Made by a program: the position numbers and the translations under genes. A stretch of DNA of 64,000 nucleotides from Scyliorhinus canicula (Eukaryota), in the NCBI RefSeq assembly GCF_902713615.1, contig NC_052152.1, positions 116,094,033 through 116,158,032 of the forward strand. Direction: 5' to 3'. The notes under the pieces are model-generated. The model did not search any database. It was not told where the DNA came from and saw only the letters and a list, made by a program, of their open reading frames with translations. Shown in pieces: positions 49,955 through 62,499 of this stretch. The first letter of the stretch is position 1. Each line of letters begins with the position of its first letter.

Positions 49955-52142
49955 CTTCTGAACAGTTTGTCAAGCTCATCACAGGAGAATTCAGTTATCT
50001 GGTGGAGTTGTGAATCAACAGATTAGTTGGAGGTAAATACAAGCAGCATATTGTCAGACATTTGGCAGGCAATGTTGTGAAACTCCTTTTGAGAGATTGA
50101 CTTGAGGCATGAGGGACTGGAGCAGCTGGAATTGTTCTAAGGGTACAGAAGGTGAAGAGGAGATTTAATAGAGGTGTTCAAAATGAAGAGGGGTTTGAAA
50201 GGGCAGCACGGTGGCAAGCACTGCTGCCTCACAGAGCCAGGGACCCAGATTCGATTCCAACCATGGGTAAATTGTCTGTGTGGAGTTTTCACGTTCACCC
50301 CGTGTCGGCGTGGATTTCCTCCAGGTTTATCTCAAAGTCCAAAGATTTGTAGGTTAGGTGGGTTGGCCACACTGAAAATTGCCCCTTAGTGTGCACTGAT
50401 GCGGAGGTTAACGGGGGTTACAGGGATAGGGTGGGGCAATGGGCCTAGGTGGGGTGTTATTTCAGAATGTTGTTGGGCTGAATGGCCTCCTTCTGCACTG
50501 TAGGGATTCTAGCATTAAGGAGAAACTGTTGTCACTTGCAGAAAGAGAGTAACCAGAGGATATGGCTTTAGTGTAATTGACAAAAGAGCCAGAAATAGCA
50601 AGACTTTTTTTTTAAAAAGACACCGTGTAATCCTGAAAGGACATAGAACATACAATGCAGAAGGAAGCCATTCGGCCCATCGAGTCTGCACCAATCCACT
50701 TAAGCCCTCACTTCCACCCTATCTCCGTAACCCAATAACCCCTCCTCACCTTTTTGGACACGAAGGGCAATTTAGCATGGCCAATCCACCGAGCCTGCAC
50801 ATCTTTGGACTGTGGGAGGAAACCCACGCAGACACGGGGTTTGAAAGTGCAGACTCCACACAGAGTGACCCAGCGGGGAATCGAATCTGGGACCCTGGCG
50901 CTGTGAAGCCACAGTGCTAGCTACCGTGCTGCCCACAGGAGAATGATGGAAGCAGATTCAGTATTAACTTTTAACAGGGGACTGGAGAAAAATCTGTAAG
51001 GCAGAAACAGCTGCAGGGCCTTCCAAGGTCTAACCTTTTCCTCCCCGACCACGATGAGACCTCTTCTTTAACCAACAAGATATCTCAGCATGGCAGGCAA
51101 AATGGCCGGGCAGGCAGCCCTGTCCCCATAGCAGAGACTGTTCACAAGGTTATTATACAGACATTCCCCACACACTGTTCCTCATCGAAAATAAAAGAAC
51201 TCTGTTCAGGACTGTACTAAATAACCGAGAGCTATCCAGACAGAAATAGATATTTATTAATGGCGAAATCCAAAAAGATCAGATTAAGAAACAGTCACTT
51301 TCCTTTTATATCATAAAAGGTAAAGAGTATGAAAGGTAAAGAAAATGCGCCATGTAGACGAGTCTGAGCAGCACACTTTGTTTGCTTGTTTGTACCTTAA
51401 ATCGTAGTGTATAACTCAACTTGGCGGAGATGACCCATTGTGTTTAGGTCTGCACAAGGCTGATAAGTTAACCCACCCCCCCTCCCCCCCCAATCACATT
51501 TTCTGCTCATAGATTTCTTCAGTCTACCAATTTTGGAAGCATAATTATTTTTTAAATGTTTAAATGCAGTACGATTATATAATTCCAAGGGACATAACAC
51601 TGAATTTTATAAAAGAATACTTATGACCTGTAAAGGGCAGCATGATAGCACAATGGCACTGCTGCCTCACAGTGCCAGGGACCCGAGTGTGCACGTTCTT
51701 CCCGTGTCTGCGTGGGTTTCCTCTGAGTTTCCTCCCATAGTCTAAAAATGTGCAGGTTGGGTAGATTGGCCATGCTAAATTACCCCTTCGTGTCCAAAAC
51801 GTTGTGCAGGTTGAGTGGTGTTACAGTGCTACGGCGTGGCAGTGGGTCTCGGTAGGGTGCTCTTTCAGAGGTTTGGTGCAAACTCAATGGACCGAATGGC
51901 CTCCTTCTGCACTGTTGGGAGTCTATGGATTCTCTCCAGTGGACAAAGCTCTCAGGGTGATGTGTGTAAATATCAGCAGATCGGTTTTGAGGACTGCCGT
52001 AACCTGCAGCAACCTGAGATCTTATTATTTGTGGAACTTGAGGTATGGACACTGGTGGACAGTAAAAAGCAATTGGATATGGGTGGACAGTTGGGTCTTT
52101 TTAATAAATGAATATGTGAGTGTTGCTGCAAAACGCAACATG

Positions 52143-52178
52143 CTGCCAAAGCTTTTCATTTTGCATTCATCAGGCCAG
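52143..52178 (-). ncRNA. Minimal hammerhead motif of a second Penelope family, within a PLE terminus (~52120-52410)
   Basis: - strand CTGGC-CTGATGA-AT GCAAA AT-GAAA-AGCT-TT-GGCAG; truncated inverted copy on + at ~52358-52385. Confidence 0.55.
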
Positions 52179-52956
52179 TTCACCAGAATTTATGAAACTA
52201 AACGGGGAACAACAATTTATACTGCATGAGTGTTAATTGGTTTGCAAGTGGATATTGGTTGGTGGTGTTGTCATGGAGAATGCAGCATGGAATAGTTAAC
52301 TGCCCAGCTCTGTTCAAATTCTAAACTAGCAGTTCGACTGATTGATCAAGTGACTGTTTGAATGCAAGATGAAAAACTTTGATGTCACGTCTCCTTTTTT
52401 CAGCACTACCGAACGGTGAAATGAACATTTTTACGTTAACTGACCATTCACAATTTCGGTTGATTTGAAGCAAGAACATTTTTGTTTTCACAGAATTACG
52501 TTTGCATCACTTAATCAAATATAAATCAAAGGTCTCCCATGTTATTTTTCGACTGGCAGATTATACTAGGGAGAAAGGGCAAGGCTTGAATTTCGCCATT
52601 GAATTTAGCATATGTTCAGTATGTATCTTATTGCTGGGTGCAGTTGAATGGGCGGAAAGTGATTTATTTTATTTTACTTCAGCAGAAATGTCTTGTTAGA
52701 TACCAGAGCAAACTGGTCGGGAAGGTACAGGAGGAACAACCAACTAATCAGAAGAGGTGAGCCATTGCCGTGTGCGAGAGAGATCCTGTTTGACCAATCT
52801 CAAGAGTCGGGGGGGGGGAGCACAGAAATCTTGTGGTTAACAGCGGCTGGCTGGATGCTTGTCGATGTTTCAGTAAAGAAGTCATTAAAGGATTATTCTG
52901 ATTTCAGGTGAAGTGCTTGTGATATGGATCAGAAAATGGATCAACAATCAGCCAGG

Positions 52957-52997
52957 AGGTAACGAGTGAGGTAACGAGTGAGGTAACGAGTGAGGTA
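52957..52997 (+). repeat. Short tandem (GAGGTAACGAGT) x3.5
   Basis: Direct reading. Confidence 0.85.
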
Positions 52998-53099
52998 AAT
53001 GAGGGATCAGCTAGGAGGTAGTATTGGCTGCTTCCTGTAGCGAAAGAGAATCTCTTGGAAATTAAGCAAAACCTCCTCCACCACATCGATACCACCCTG

Positions 53100-56000
53100 C
53101 GCATCCACCCCGATACCCCGTCGCTCCTTGTCCCCGATACCCCCTTCGCTCCACCCCCGTACCCTCTCGCTCCACCTCCCCGTACCCTCTCGCTCCACCT
53201 CCCGTACCCCCTCGCTCCACCTCCCCGTACTCCCTCGCTCCACCCCCCGTACCCCCTCGCTCCACCCCCCGTACCCTCTCGCTCCACCCCCGTACCCTCT
53301 CGCTCCACCTCCCCGTACCCTCTCGCTCCACCTCCCCGTACTCCCTCGCTCCACCCCCCGTACCCTCTCGCTCCACCTCCCCGTACCCTCTCGCTCCACC
53401 TCCCCGTACTCCCTCGCTCCACCCCCTGTACCCTCTCGCTCCACCTCCCCGTACTCCCTCGCTCCACCCCCCGTACCCTCTCGCTCCACCTCCCCGTACC
53501 CTCTCGCTCCACCTCCCCGTACTCCCTCGCTCCACCCCCCCGTTCCACCCCACCGTACCCCCTCGCTCCACCCCCCGTACCCTCTCGCTCCACCCCCCGT
53601 ACCCTCTCACTCCACCCCCCGTACCCTCTCGCTCCACCTCCCCGTACTCCCTCGCTCCACCTCCCCGTACCCTCTCGCTCCACCTCCCCGTACTCCCTCG
53701 CTCCACCCCCCCGTTCCACCCCACCGTACCCCCTCGCTCCACCCCCCCGTACCCTCTCGCTCCACCCCCCGTACCCTCTCGCTCCACCTCCCCGTACTCC
53801 CTCGCTCCACCTCCCCGTACTCCCTCGCTCCACCTCCCCGTACTCCCTCGCTCCACCTCCCCGTACTCCCTCGCTCCACCTCCCCGTACTCCCTCGCTCC
53901 ACCTCCCCGTACCCTCTCGCTCCACCTCCCCGTACTCCCTCGCTCCACCCCCCCCGTACCCTCTCGCTCCACCTCCTCGTACCCTCTCGCTCCACCCCCC
54001 AGTTCCACCCCCCCGTACCCTCTCGTTCCACCCCCCAGTTCCACCCCCCCCGTACCCTCTCGCTCCACCCCCCCGTACTCCCTCGCTCCATCCCCTCCGT
54101 ACCCCCTTGCACCTCCCATGCTCCACCCCCTTGCACCTCCCCCGCTCCACCCCCCGTACCCTCTCGCTCCACCTCCCCGTACCCTCGCTACACCTCCCCG
54201 TACTCCCTCGCTCCAGCCCCCCTGTTCCACCCCCCCGTACCCCCTCGCACCACCCCCGCTCCACCCCCTCGCACATCCCCCGCTCCACACCTCCGTACTC
54301 CCTCGCTCCACCCCCCCGTACCCCCTCGCTCCACCCCCCTTACCCCCTCGCTCCATCCCCCCGTACTCCCTCGCTCCACCCCCCGTACCCCCTCGCTCCA
54401 CCCCCCCGTACCCCTTCGCTCCACCTCCCCGTACCCCCTCGCTCCACCTCCCCGTACCCCCTCGCTCCACCCCTCCGTACCCCCTAGCTCCATCCCCCCG
54501 TACTCCCTCGCTCCACCCCCTCCGTACCCCCTCGCACCTCCCCGCTCCACCTCCCCGTACCCCCTCGCTCCACCTCCCCGTACCCTCCCGCTCCACCTCC
54601 CCGTACTCACCTCGCTCCACCCCGCCGTACCCCCTCGCTCCACCTCCCCGTACCCCCTCGCTCCACCTCCCCGTACCCTCCCGCTCCACCTCCCCGTACT
54701 CACCTCGCTCCACCCCGCCGTACCCCCTCGCTCCACCCCGCCGTACCCCCTCGCTCCACCCCTCTGTACCCCCTCGCTCCACCCCGCCGTACCCCCTCGC
54801 ACCACCCCTCTGTACCCCCTCGCTCCACCCCTCTGTACCCCCTCGCTCCACCCCTTTGTACCCCCTCGCCCCACCCCCTCGTACCTCCCCCGCTCCACCC
54901 CCCTCGCACCTCCCCCGCTCCACCCCTCCGTACCCCCTCGCTCCACCCCCTCCCGCACCCCCTCGCTCCACCCTCCCCGTACCCCCTCGCTCCTCCCTCC
55001 CGTACCCCCTCGATCCTCCCTCCACGGTACCCCCTCGCTCCTCCTCCACCCCCGTTCCCCCTTGCATCTCCTCCTCCCCCTCCCCCTCGCATCTCCTCCT
55101 CCCCCTCCCCCTCCGTTCCCCCTCCCCCTCCGTTCCCCCTTGCATCTCCTCCTCCCCCTCCCCCTCCGTTCCCCCTCCCCCTCCGTTCCCCTTGCATCTC
55201 CTCCTCCCCCTCCGTACCTCCTCGCTCCTCCTCCGTACCCCCTCGCTCCTCCTCCCCGTACCGCCCCACTGCCCCACCCCCGTACCGCCCCACTGCCCCA
55301 CCCCCGTGCCCCCTCTTCCCCACCCCGCGTACCCCCTCTGCCCCACCCCGCGCACCCCCTCTGCCCTACACCCCGTACCCCCTCTGCCCCACCCCCGTAC
55401 CCCTCTGCCCCACCCCCGTACCCAATCTGCCCCACCCCCCCGTACCCCCTCTGCCCCACCCCCCCGTACCCCCTCTGCCCCACCCCCCGTACCCCCTCTG
55501 CCCCACCCCCGTACCCCCTCTGCCCCACCCCCGTACCCCCTCTGCCCCACCCCCGTACCCCCTCTGCCCCACCCCCGTACCCCCTCTGCCCCACCCCCCG
55601 TACCCCCTCTGCCCCACCCCCCGTACCCCCTCTGCCCCAACCCCCGTGCCCCCTCTGCCCCACCCCCGTGCCCCCTCTGCCCCACCCCCCCTGTACCCCC
55701 TCTGCCCCACCCCCGTACCTCCTCTGCCCCACCCCACCCCACCCGTACCCTCTGCCCCACCGCCCGTACCCCTCTGCCCCAACCCCCCTAATCCCTCTGC
55801 CCCAACCCCCTAACCCCTCTGCCCCACCCCGTACCCTCTGCCTCACCCCCACCCGTACCCCCTCTGCCTCACCCCCACCCGTACCCCCTCTGCCTCACCC
55901 CCACCCGTACCCCCTCTGCCTCACCCCCACCCGTACCCCCTCTGCCTCACCCCCACCCGTACCCCCTCTGCCTCACCCCACCCGTACCCCCTCTGCCTCA

Positions 56001-56415
56001 CCCCCCCCGTACCCGTACCCCCCTCTGCCTCACCCCACCCGTACCCCCTCTGCCTCACCCCCACCCGTACCCCCTCTGCCTCACCCCCCGTACCCCTTCT
56101 GCCTCACCCCCCCGTACCCCTTCTGCCTCACCCCCCCGTACCCCTTCTGCCTCACCCCCCCGTACCCCTTCTGCCTCACCCCCCCGTACCCCTTCTGCCT
56201 CACCCCCCCCGTACCCCTTCTGCCTCCCCCCCCGTACCCCTTCTGCCTCACCCCCCCCCGTACCCCTTCTGCCTCACCCCCCCCCGTACCCCTTCTGCCT
56301 CACCCCCCCCCGTACCCCTTCTGCCTCACCCCCCCCGTACCCCTTCTGCCTCACCCCCCCCGTACCCCTTCTGCCTCACCCCCCCCGTACCCCCTCTCCC
56401 GTAACCCCTCTGCCT
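53100..56415 (-). repeat. ~20-22-bp tandem array, C-rich on + and G-rich on the MTRF1 sense strand (CCCCGTACCCTCTCGCTCCA to CCCCGTACCCCTTCTGCCTCA)
   Basis: Direct reading; source of the 1120/887/717-aa Pro/Gly ORFs. Confidence 0.95.
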
Positions 56416-56487
56416 AGATACCCCTCCTGCACCATCACCCCGATTAACCCCTCCACAAAGCTCAATGTAATTTTGAATCATCGTCAC

Positions 56488-56630
56488 CTGATCCCCAGTG
56501 TTCCCTCCTGCGGTGTCCGCCTCACACCCGCCGTGCACATGCGCATCTTCCCTGGAGCGCGAGGCGCTGTGGGAAATGTGGGCGAGAACTACATTACCCA
56601 GCGGGCTGTGCGGTAGGCGTTTCCGGTCTA
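56488..56630 (-). promoter_or_regulatory. Probable MTRF1 promoter and non-coding first exon
   Basis: CpG-rich patch with NRF1-like TGCACATGCGCA (56534-56545), ZNF143/SBS-like ACTACATTACCCAGC (56588-56602), a second SBS-like site on - (56564-56581), ETS TTCCGG (56621); candidate donor CAG|GTGACG at 56488/56487. Confidence 0.6.
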
Positions 56631-58117
56631 CCCACAGACGGAGGATGCTGGGTCCAGGCAAAGCCTGATAAACAGCTCCATCCACCGACCCTAACCCTGA
56701 ACTCCAGCTTTACCCGCACTCCCCAACAGCAGCTCCGAATCTGACCCCCCTGGTGACTCAGGTGCAGGGATTTAAACACGGGCAGGGATGAAATGTGAGG
56801 TGCTTGGAGACAGCATGAAGCACAGGCTGTGTCTGGTGGGTGGCTGGACTGGGTATTGGACCGATGGAGAGCAAAGGTTTTCAGGAATGGGAGTCCTGGG
56901 GTTACCTTTGACCAGAAACCGAACTGGACTAGCCATATAAATAGTCCTGCGGCTACCAGAGCAGGTCAGAGGCTGGGACTCCTTTGTGAGTAACTCACCT
57001 CCTCATCCCCCAAAGTCTATCCACCATCTACGAGGCAAAAGTCAGGAGTGTGATGGAATACTGTCCACCTGCCTGGATGAGTGCAGCTCTAACAACACCA
57101 TTCAGGACAAAGCAGGTCCGCTTGCTTGACATCCCACCACAAACATTCACCACCGACGCACAGTGTCAACCGTGTGTACCATGTGCAAGATGCACTGCTG
57201 GAACTCCCCAAGGCTCCCTAAGTGACACCTTCCAAACCCGTGTCCATTCCATCTAGAAGGACAAGAGCAGCAGATACCTGGAAAAACAAAGATGTGGCGG
57301 GAGCCACCTAATGGGTGACCTCCTCCCTGTCACCACCGGAGGTGGTTCCCGTCCAAGTCATTCATTACCCTGACTTGCAAATATACTGTAATTTCTACAC
57401 CATCGCTGGATCAAAATCCTCAAATTCCCTCCATAACATCACTGAGTGTGTACCTACACCACATGAACTGCAGCGGTTAAATAAGACAGCTCACCACCTT
57501 CTCGGGCAATTAGGAATGGCCAACAAATGCCGGCCTAGCCGGTGATACCCATATTCTGTGGTTAAATAAATAGGTAAAAAATCTAAAGTGCCATTATTTT
57601 GCTGAAGAGCTGAGGCAGAGGATTGAAGATGTTGAAGCCTATTAACATAAAAGAATCACCAACGAATCCAATAGAATGCAGAAATGTAATTACCAAAGAA
57701 TGAGAATGACTAACTAGGATGGCAGGGTGGCACAGTGGGGGGGGGGGGGGGGCGGCACAGTTGCACAGTGGTTAGCACTGTTGCTTCACAGTGCCAGGGA
57801 CCCGGGTTCGTTCCCTGCTTGGGTTACTGTCTGTGCGAAGTCTGCACATTCTCCCTATGTCTGCGTGAGTTTCCTTCGGGTGCTCTGGTTTCCTTCCACA
57901 GTCCAAAGATGCACGGGGTCGGCGGATTGGTCATGCTAAATTGCTCTGTAGTGTCCAAAATGTTAGGTGGGGTTGCTGAGTTACGGGGATAGGAAGGAGG
58001 TGTGGGTTTAGGTAGGGTGCTCACCATAGACTCAATGAGCCGAATGTCCTCCTTCTGCACTGTAAATTCTATGAAATCTATGAGGATGCCAGCTTTCTCT
58101 AAAGTCAAAACCGGGAC

Positions 58118-60788
58118 CTCGGGTGGTGACAGGGAGGAGAAGGTCACCCGTTAGGTGGCTCCCGCCACATCCTTGTTTTTCCAGGATTTTGGTCGTCAAA
58201 ACTGGCCCATCATAAGGAATAAGGAATTTGTCGGCGGAAATATGTTGAAATCTACGAAGAAGGTTGGTGGTAAGAAGATTACAGGGGGTAATCCTTCGAC
58301 AGAGTCAGAAAGGCCGCAAAGCTCAGTAGGAGGGACGGTGGTGGCTCCGGCCTTGGGTGGGCTGCTCATCACGGTGGAAACACTGAGTGAGGGATGGCAC
58401 AGGAGTTTGAAAAGCAATTAGCAAAGCATTTTGATAAGCAGGGCAGGGTGATGATGGAAACCCTTAAGTGGTCAATTGGATTTGGATTTCATTTATTGTC
58501 ACGTGTACCAAGGTACAGTGAAAAGTATTGTTCTGTGTACAGTCCAGGCAGATCGTTCCATACATGAAAAAAACAGGACATACATAAATACACAATGTAA
58601 ATACATAGGCACAGGCATCGGATGAGCAAACAAAGTGGTAGTACTACTCCGTAGAAAAGGTATGTGAAGAGGTCAGTTCATAAGAGAGTCATTCAGCAGT
58701 CTGATAACAGCAGGTAAGAAGCTGTTTTTCAACCTGTTTGTGTGTGTTCTCAGACTTTCGTATCTCCTGCCTGATAGAAGAAGTTGGAAGGGAGAATAAT
58801 TGGGGTGGGAGGGGTCTTTGATTATGCTGCCCGCTTTCCCAAGGCAGCATAAGATGTAGACAGTCAATGGATGGGAGGCGGGTTCACATGATGGACTGGG
58901 CTGTATTCATGACTTTGTAGTTTCTTACGGTCTTGGTTGGGCCGAGCAGTTGCTATACCAGGCTGTGATGCAGTCAGATAGGATGCTTTCTATGGTGCAT
59001 CTGTAAAAATTGGTAAGAGCCAATGTGGACATGCCGAATTTCCTTAGCTTCCTGAGGAAGTATAGACGCTGTTGTACTTTCTTGGTCGTAGCATCAATGT
59101 GGGTGGACCAGGACAGTTTGTTGGTGATGTGCACACCGAGGAATCTGAAGCTTGTCAACCATCTCCACCTCATCACCATCGATTCGAACAGGGGTGTATA
59201 CAATACTTTGCTTCCTGAAGTCAATGACCAGCTCCTTAGATTTGCTGACCATGAGGGAGAGTTTGTTGTTGTTGCACCATGCCACTAGGTTCTCTATCTC
59301 CCTCCTGTACTCAGACTCATCATTGTTTGAGATCTGATCTACTACGGTCGTGTCATCAACAAGCTTGTGGATGGAGTTGGAACCAACTTTTGCCACACAA
59401 TTGACGAGAAATGTGGCCCAATTCAGGAGAAGCTGGGAAAAACCTTGGATGCGGTGAAGGAGCATGGGGAGTCACTGAAGAGTGTGAAGGCAGCCTTGCC
59501 ACGCCATGGTGATTGAATCGCCCCGTTGGAAGCTGAGATGTTGATGATGGAGGAGAGGAACAAGGCTCTGAGGGCAAAAGTGGATGACTTGGACAACAGG
59601 TCGAGGAGATGGAACCTCAGAATCATGGGTTTACTGGAGGGAGTGGAGGGCCCGAAGTTGACTGAGTATATTACTCAGATGTGTTTCAAGCTTTTGTGGG
59701 GGGGGGGGGGGGGGGGGGGGGTGGAGAGATGACAGTTATTGTCCCCTCCACAGTTGTACCGGGCCCACCGAGTAAATACGATGGAAGCCTCAAGGAAATC
59801 ATCTGCCACGGGGAGATTTTTGTATTCCATAGGTTCCAGGAAAAGGAGTGGGTTCTGCAATGACACAAAGTGAACCAAGATTTGAGATGGGAAGGAAGCA
59901 TCATTAGGATATACCAAGATGTCAGTGTGGAGTTGGGGAAGCGGCATGCGGCTTTGAATAAGGCAAAGTCAGCGCTATTCAGGAGTGGAGTCAGGTTTGG
60001 AGTGGTGTACCTGGTGAGGCTGAGCGTGACTTTTCGGTCGAAAGATAATTTTTTAATACACCAGAAGAGGTGTTTGTCAAGGAACATGGACTTGGGTCTG
60101 ATTCAAAGGATTCGACTGGGACTTTAGTTGGGAAGGGTAGTTTGCATCTGGTGTATGTTTGGTATTGAGGGGGCTATGGTTGTCGGGGTAGTGGTCAGGT
60201 TAACAGTTCAGGGAATATATGCCCCCCGGACAGGACTTTTAAGTATTGTAATGTTAGGCTTTGAAAACTACCGTAGCTGGAACGGGGTGGGGAGTGTTGA
60301 TTTTTAATCTTTGCTCTTTGAACAGACATCCTGAGTGGGGGGTTACCTTTGCTCGCTGTAAAGTTTCAGCTGGTGAACAGGAGTGAGGTGGGGGGGGGGG
60401 GGGGGGCTGCAGCTAGTTGGACCTGCTTGGGTACGGATCAGTGGGTCTTGTTTGGTGGAGGAAGAGAGGATGGGGTTGTGTCTCTGGAAAACTTTTTTCA
60501 GGTTTATGGGTGGGAGGGGTAAGGACCTGACTGGGACTAACAGCTTTTAAGTGTCTCATCCTCAGGGCAGGGTTGGTGGCTGTCTTGGGTGGTTCCTCGG
60601 CCCGACTGGTCGGCCGGAGGTGGCGACCTTTGTCTTTTATCTTCAGGAATTGGTCACAGTCAATGGGCCAGGAGGGCGTTATGTTTTTTTTTCTTCCAAG
60701 GGTAGGGGTTTGTAAATGCTATTTCGTTTGTATGGATTTATTTATTTTGTATCTTATGAAATGAAAACTAATAAAAACATTTTTTTTT
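58118..60788 (+). mobile_element. L1-clade element with degenerate ORF1 and essentially no ORF2; 16-bp TSD
   Basis: ORF1 motifs DLDNRSRRWNLRIMGLLEG and IRIYQDVS...GVRFGVVY; TSD AAGTCAAAACCGGGAC at 58102-58117 and 60789-60804; AATAAA ~60770. Confidence 0.85.
58479..59397 (-). mobile_element. Rex1/Babar-type LINE 3' fragment inserted in L1 ORF1, TSD CAATTG
   Basis: DDTTVV..ISNNDESEYRREIENLVAWC; QQRLYFLRKLRKF..LTNFYRCTIESIL; CAATTG at 58473-58478 and 59398-59403. Confidence 0.88.
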
Positions 60789-61192
60789 AAGTCAAAACCG
60801 GGACACATTGAAAAGTCATGCGATGGCAGGGCACTGTGATGATGTACATGTTGCGCCATCAATGTCAGGAATTGAGTTTGAACGTCAAAGTTCATGTGAT
60901 GACATCACTCGGAATGTGACTAGCAAGTGTTGGTGACCCTGAAGAAACCCAATCATTGAAGACAGCAGTCACGAACCACAAACTTTTGTTTCAATTACAT
61001 TTCTGCTCCATTTTGTTGACAAAAACTGAACCAGTTTGTCATAAGATCCCAGCTGGAATCCTCTATTCTTCAGGACAACAGTAAGACCATCGCCATTTAA
61101 AATTTCAATTTGCACACTTGCTCCTAACAGTTGACATTTTCAGTTAGACGGTGGATTTAAAACTCGTGAATGTACTCAAGTGTGGGAGCCTT

Positions 61193-61792
61193 GGGTTGGA
61201 TTCTCCGACAAATTGCCGGGGTCCGGCGTGAATCCCGCCCCCGCCGGCTGCCGAATTCTCTGGCACCGGATATTCGGTGGGGGCGGGAATCACGCCGGTC
61301 GGCGCCCCCTTCCCCCCCCCCCCCCCAGCGATTCTCCGGTCCACGATGGGCCGAAGTCCCACTGCTGTAATTCCGCCGCCGTGAATCAAACCACCTCCCT
61401 TACCGGTGGGACTGGCGGCGCGGGTGGGCTCCGGGGTCCTGGGGGGGGGGCGCGGGGCGATCTAGCCCCGGGGGGTGCCCCACGGTGGCCTGGCCCGCGA
61501 TCGAGGCCCACCGATCCGCGTTGACCGACGGGGAAGTGACACCCTCCCCTGCGCATGCGCGGGGATGGCGTCAGCAGCCGCTGACGCTCTGGCGCATGCG
61601 TGGACTTCCGCCCGCCGGCCAAGTCCCTTCGGCCCTGGCTGGTGTGGCGCCAAAGGCCTTCCACGCCAGCCGGTGGGACAGGAACCACTCCGGCGCGGGC
61701 GTAGCCCCTCAAGGTGAGGGCTTGGCCCCTAAAGGTGTGGAGAAATCCGCACCTTTGGGGCGGCCCGACACCGGAGTGGTTCACGCCACTCC
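61193..61792. mobile_element. Harbinger-type GC-rich MITE, right end truncated
   Basis: Starts GGGTTGGATTCTCCG; repeated GATTCTCC/GAATC motifs; high GC/CpG with no coding signal. Confidence 0.65.
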
Positions 61793-62499
61793 TACATCCA
61801 ATTCATTTATATAGATTGTAAATAGTTGAGGCCCCAGCACTGATCCCAGTGCCACACCACTAGTTCCAGCTTGCCAACATGAAAGGCTAACTAGCTAATA
61901 TTTTATCCATGCTAATATGTTATCCCCTATAACATATGTTCATGTGCTCTGTACTACCCTTTGATGTGATACCTTATCAATTGCTTTTTGAAATCCAAGT
62001 GCACCACATCCACAGGTTTCCCTTTCTCCACTTTGCATGTTACTTCCTCAAAAAACTCTAATAAATTAGTTAAGGATGATTTTCTTTCACAAAACCATGT
62101 TGACTCGACCTGATCACATCATGGTTGCCTAAGTATCCAGCTATAACCTCCTTCACACTGGATTCTAGCAATTTCACTAAGATAGAGTTAGGCTAACTGG
62201 CCTAAAGATTCCTACTTTCTGTCCCCTTCCTTGAATAGAGGTATTAATGAAATGAAAATCGCTTATTGTCACAAGTAGGCTTCAAATGAAGTTACTGTGA
62301 AAAGCCCCCAGTCGCCACATTCCGGCGCCTGTTCAGGGAGGTTGGTACGGGTAATTACGTTAACTACTTTCCAGTCTGCTTGAACCCTTTCAGAATCTGA
62401 GGAAATTTGGAAGATTATAACTAATGGTTCCCTTTTAAGACCCTGGGGTGCAGGACCCTATGGTCCTGGCGAACTGTCAGCCTTTAGGTCTCATAGTTT

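Noticed and set aside
52904-56417. 1120-aa extensin-like ORF and overlapping ORFs
   Set aside because: Open on both strands because of the repeat; no non-repetitive domain
61193-61792. CpG island as promoter or first exon of the next gene (for example NAA16)
   Set aside because: Starts with a Harbinger-type TIR and has no recognisable coding exon; better explained as a MITE
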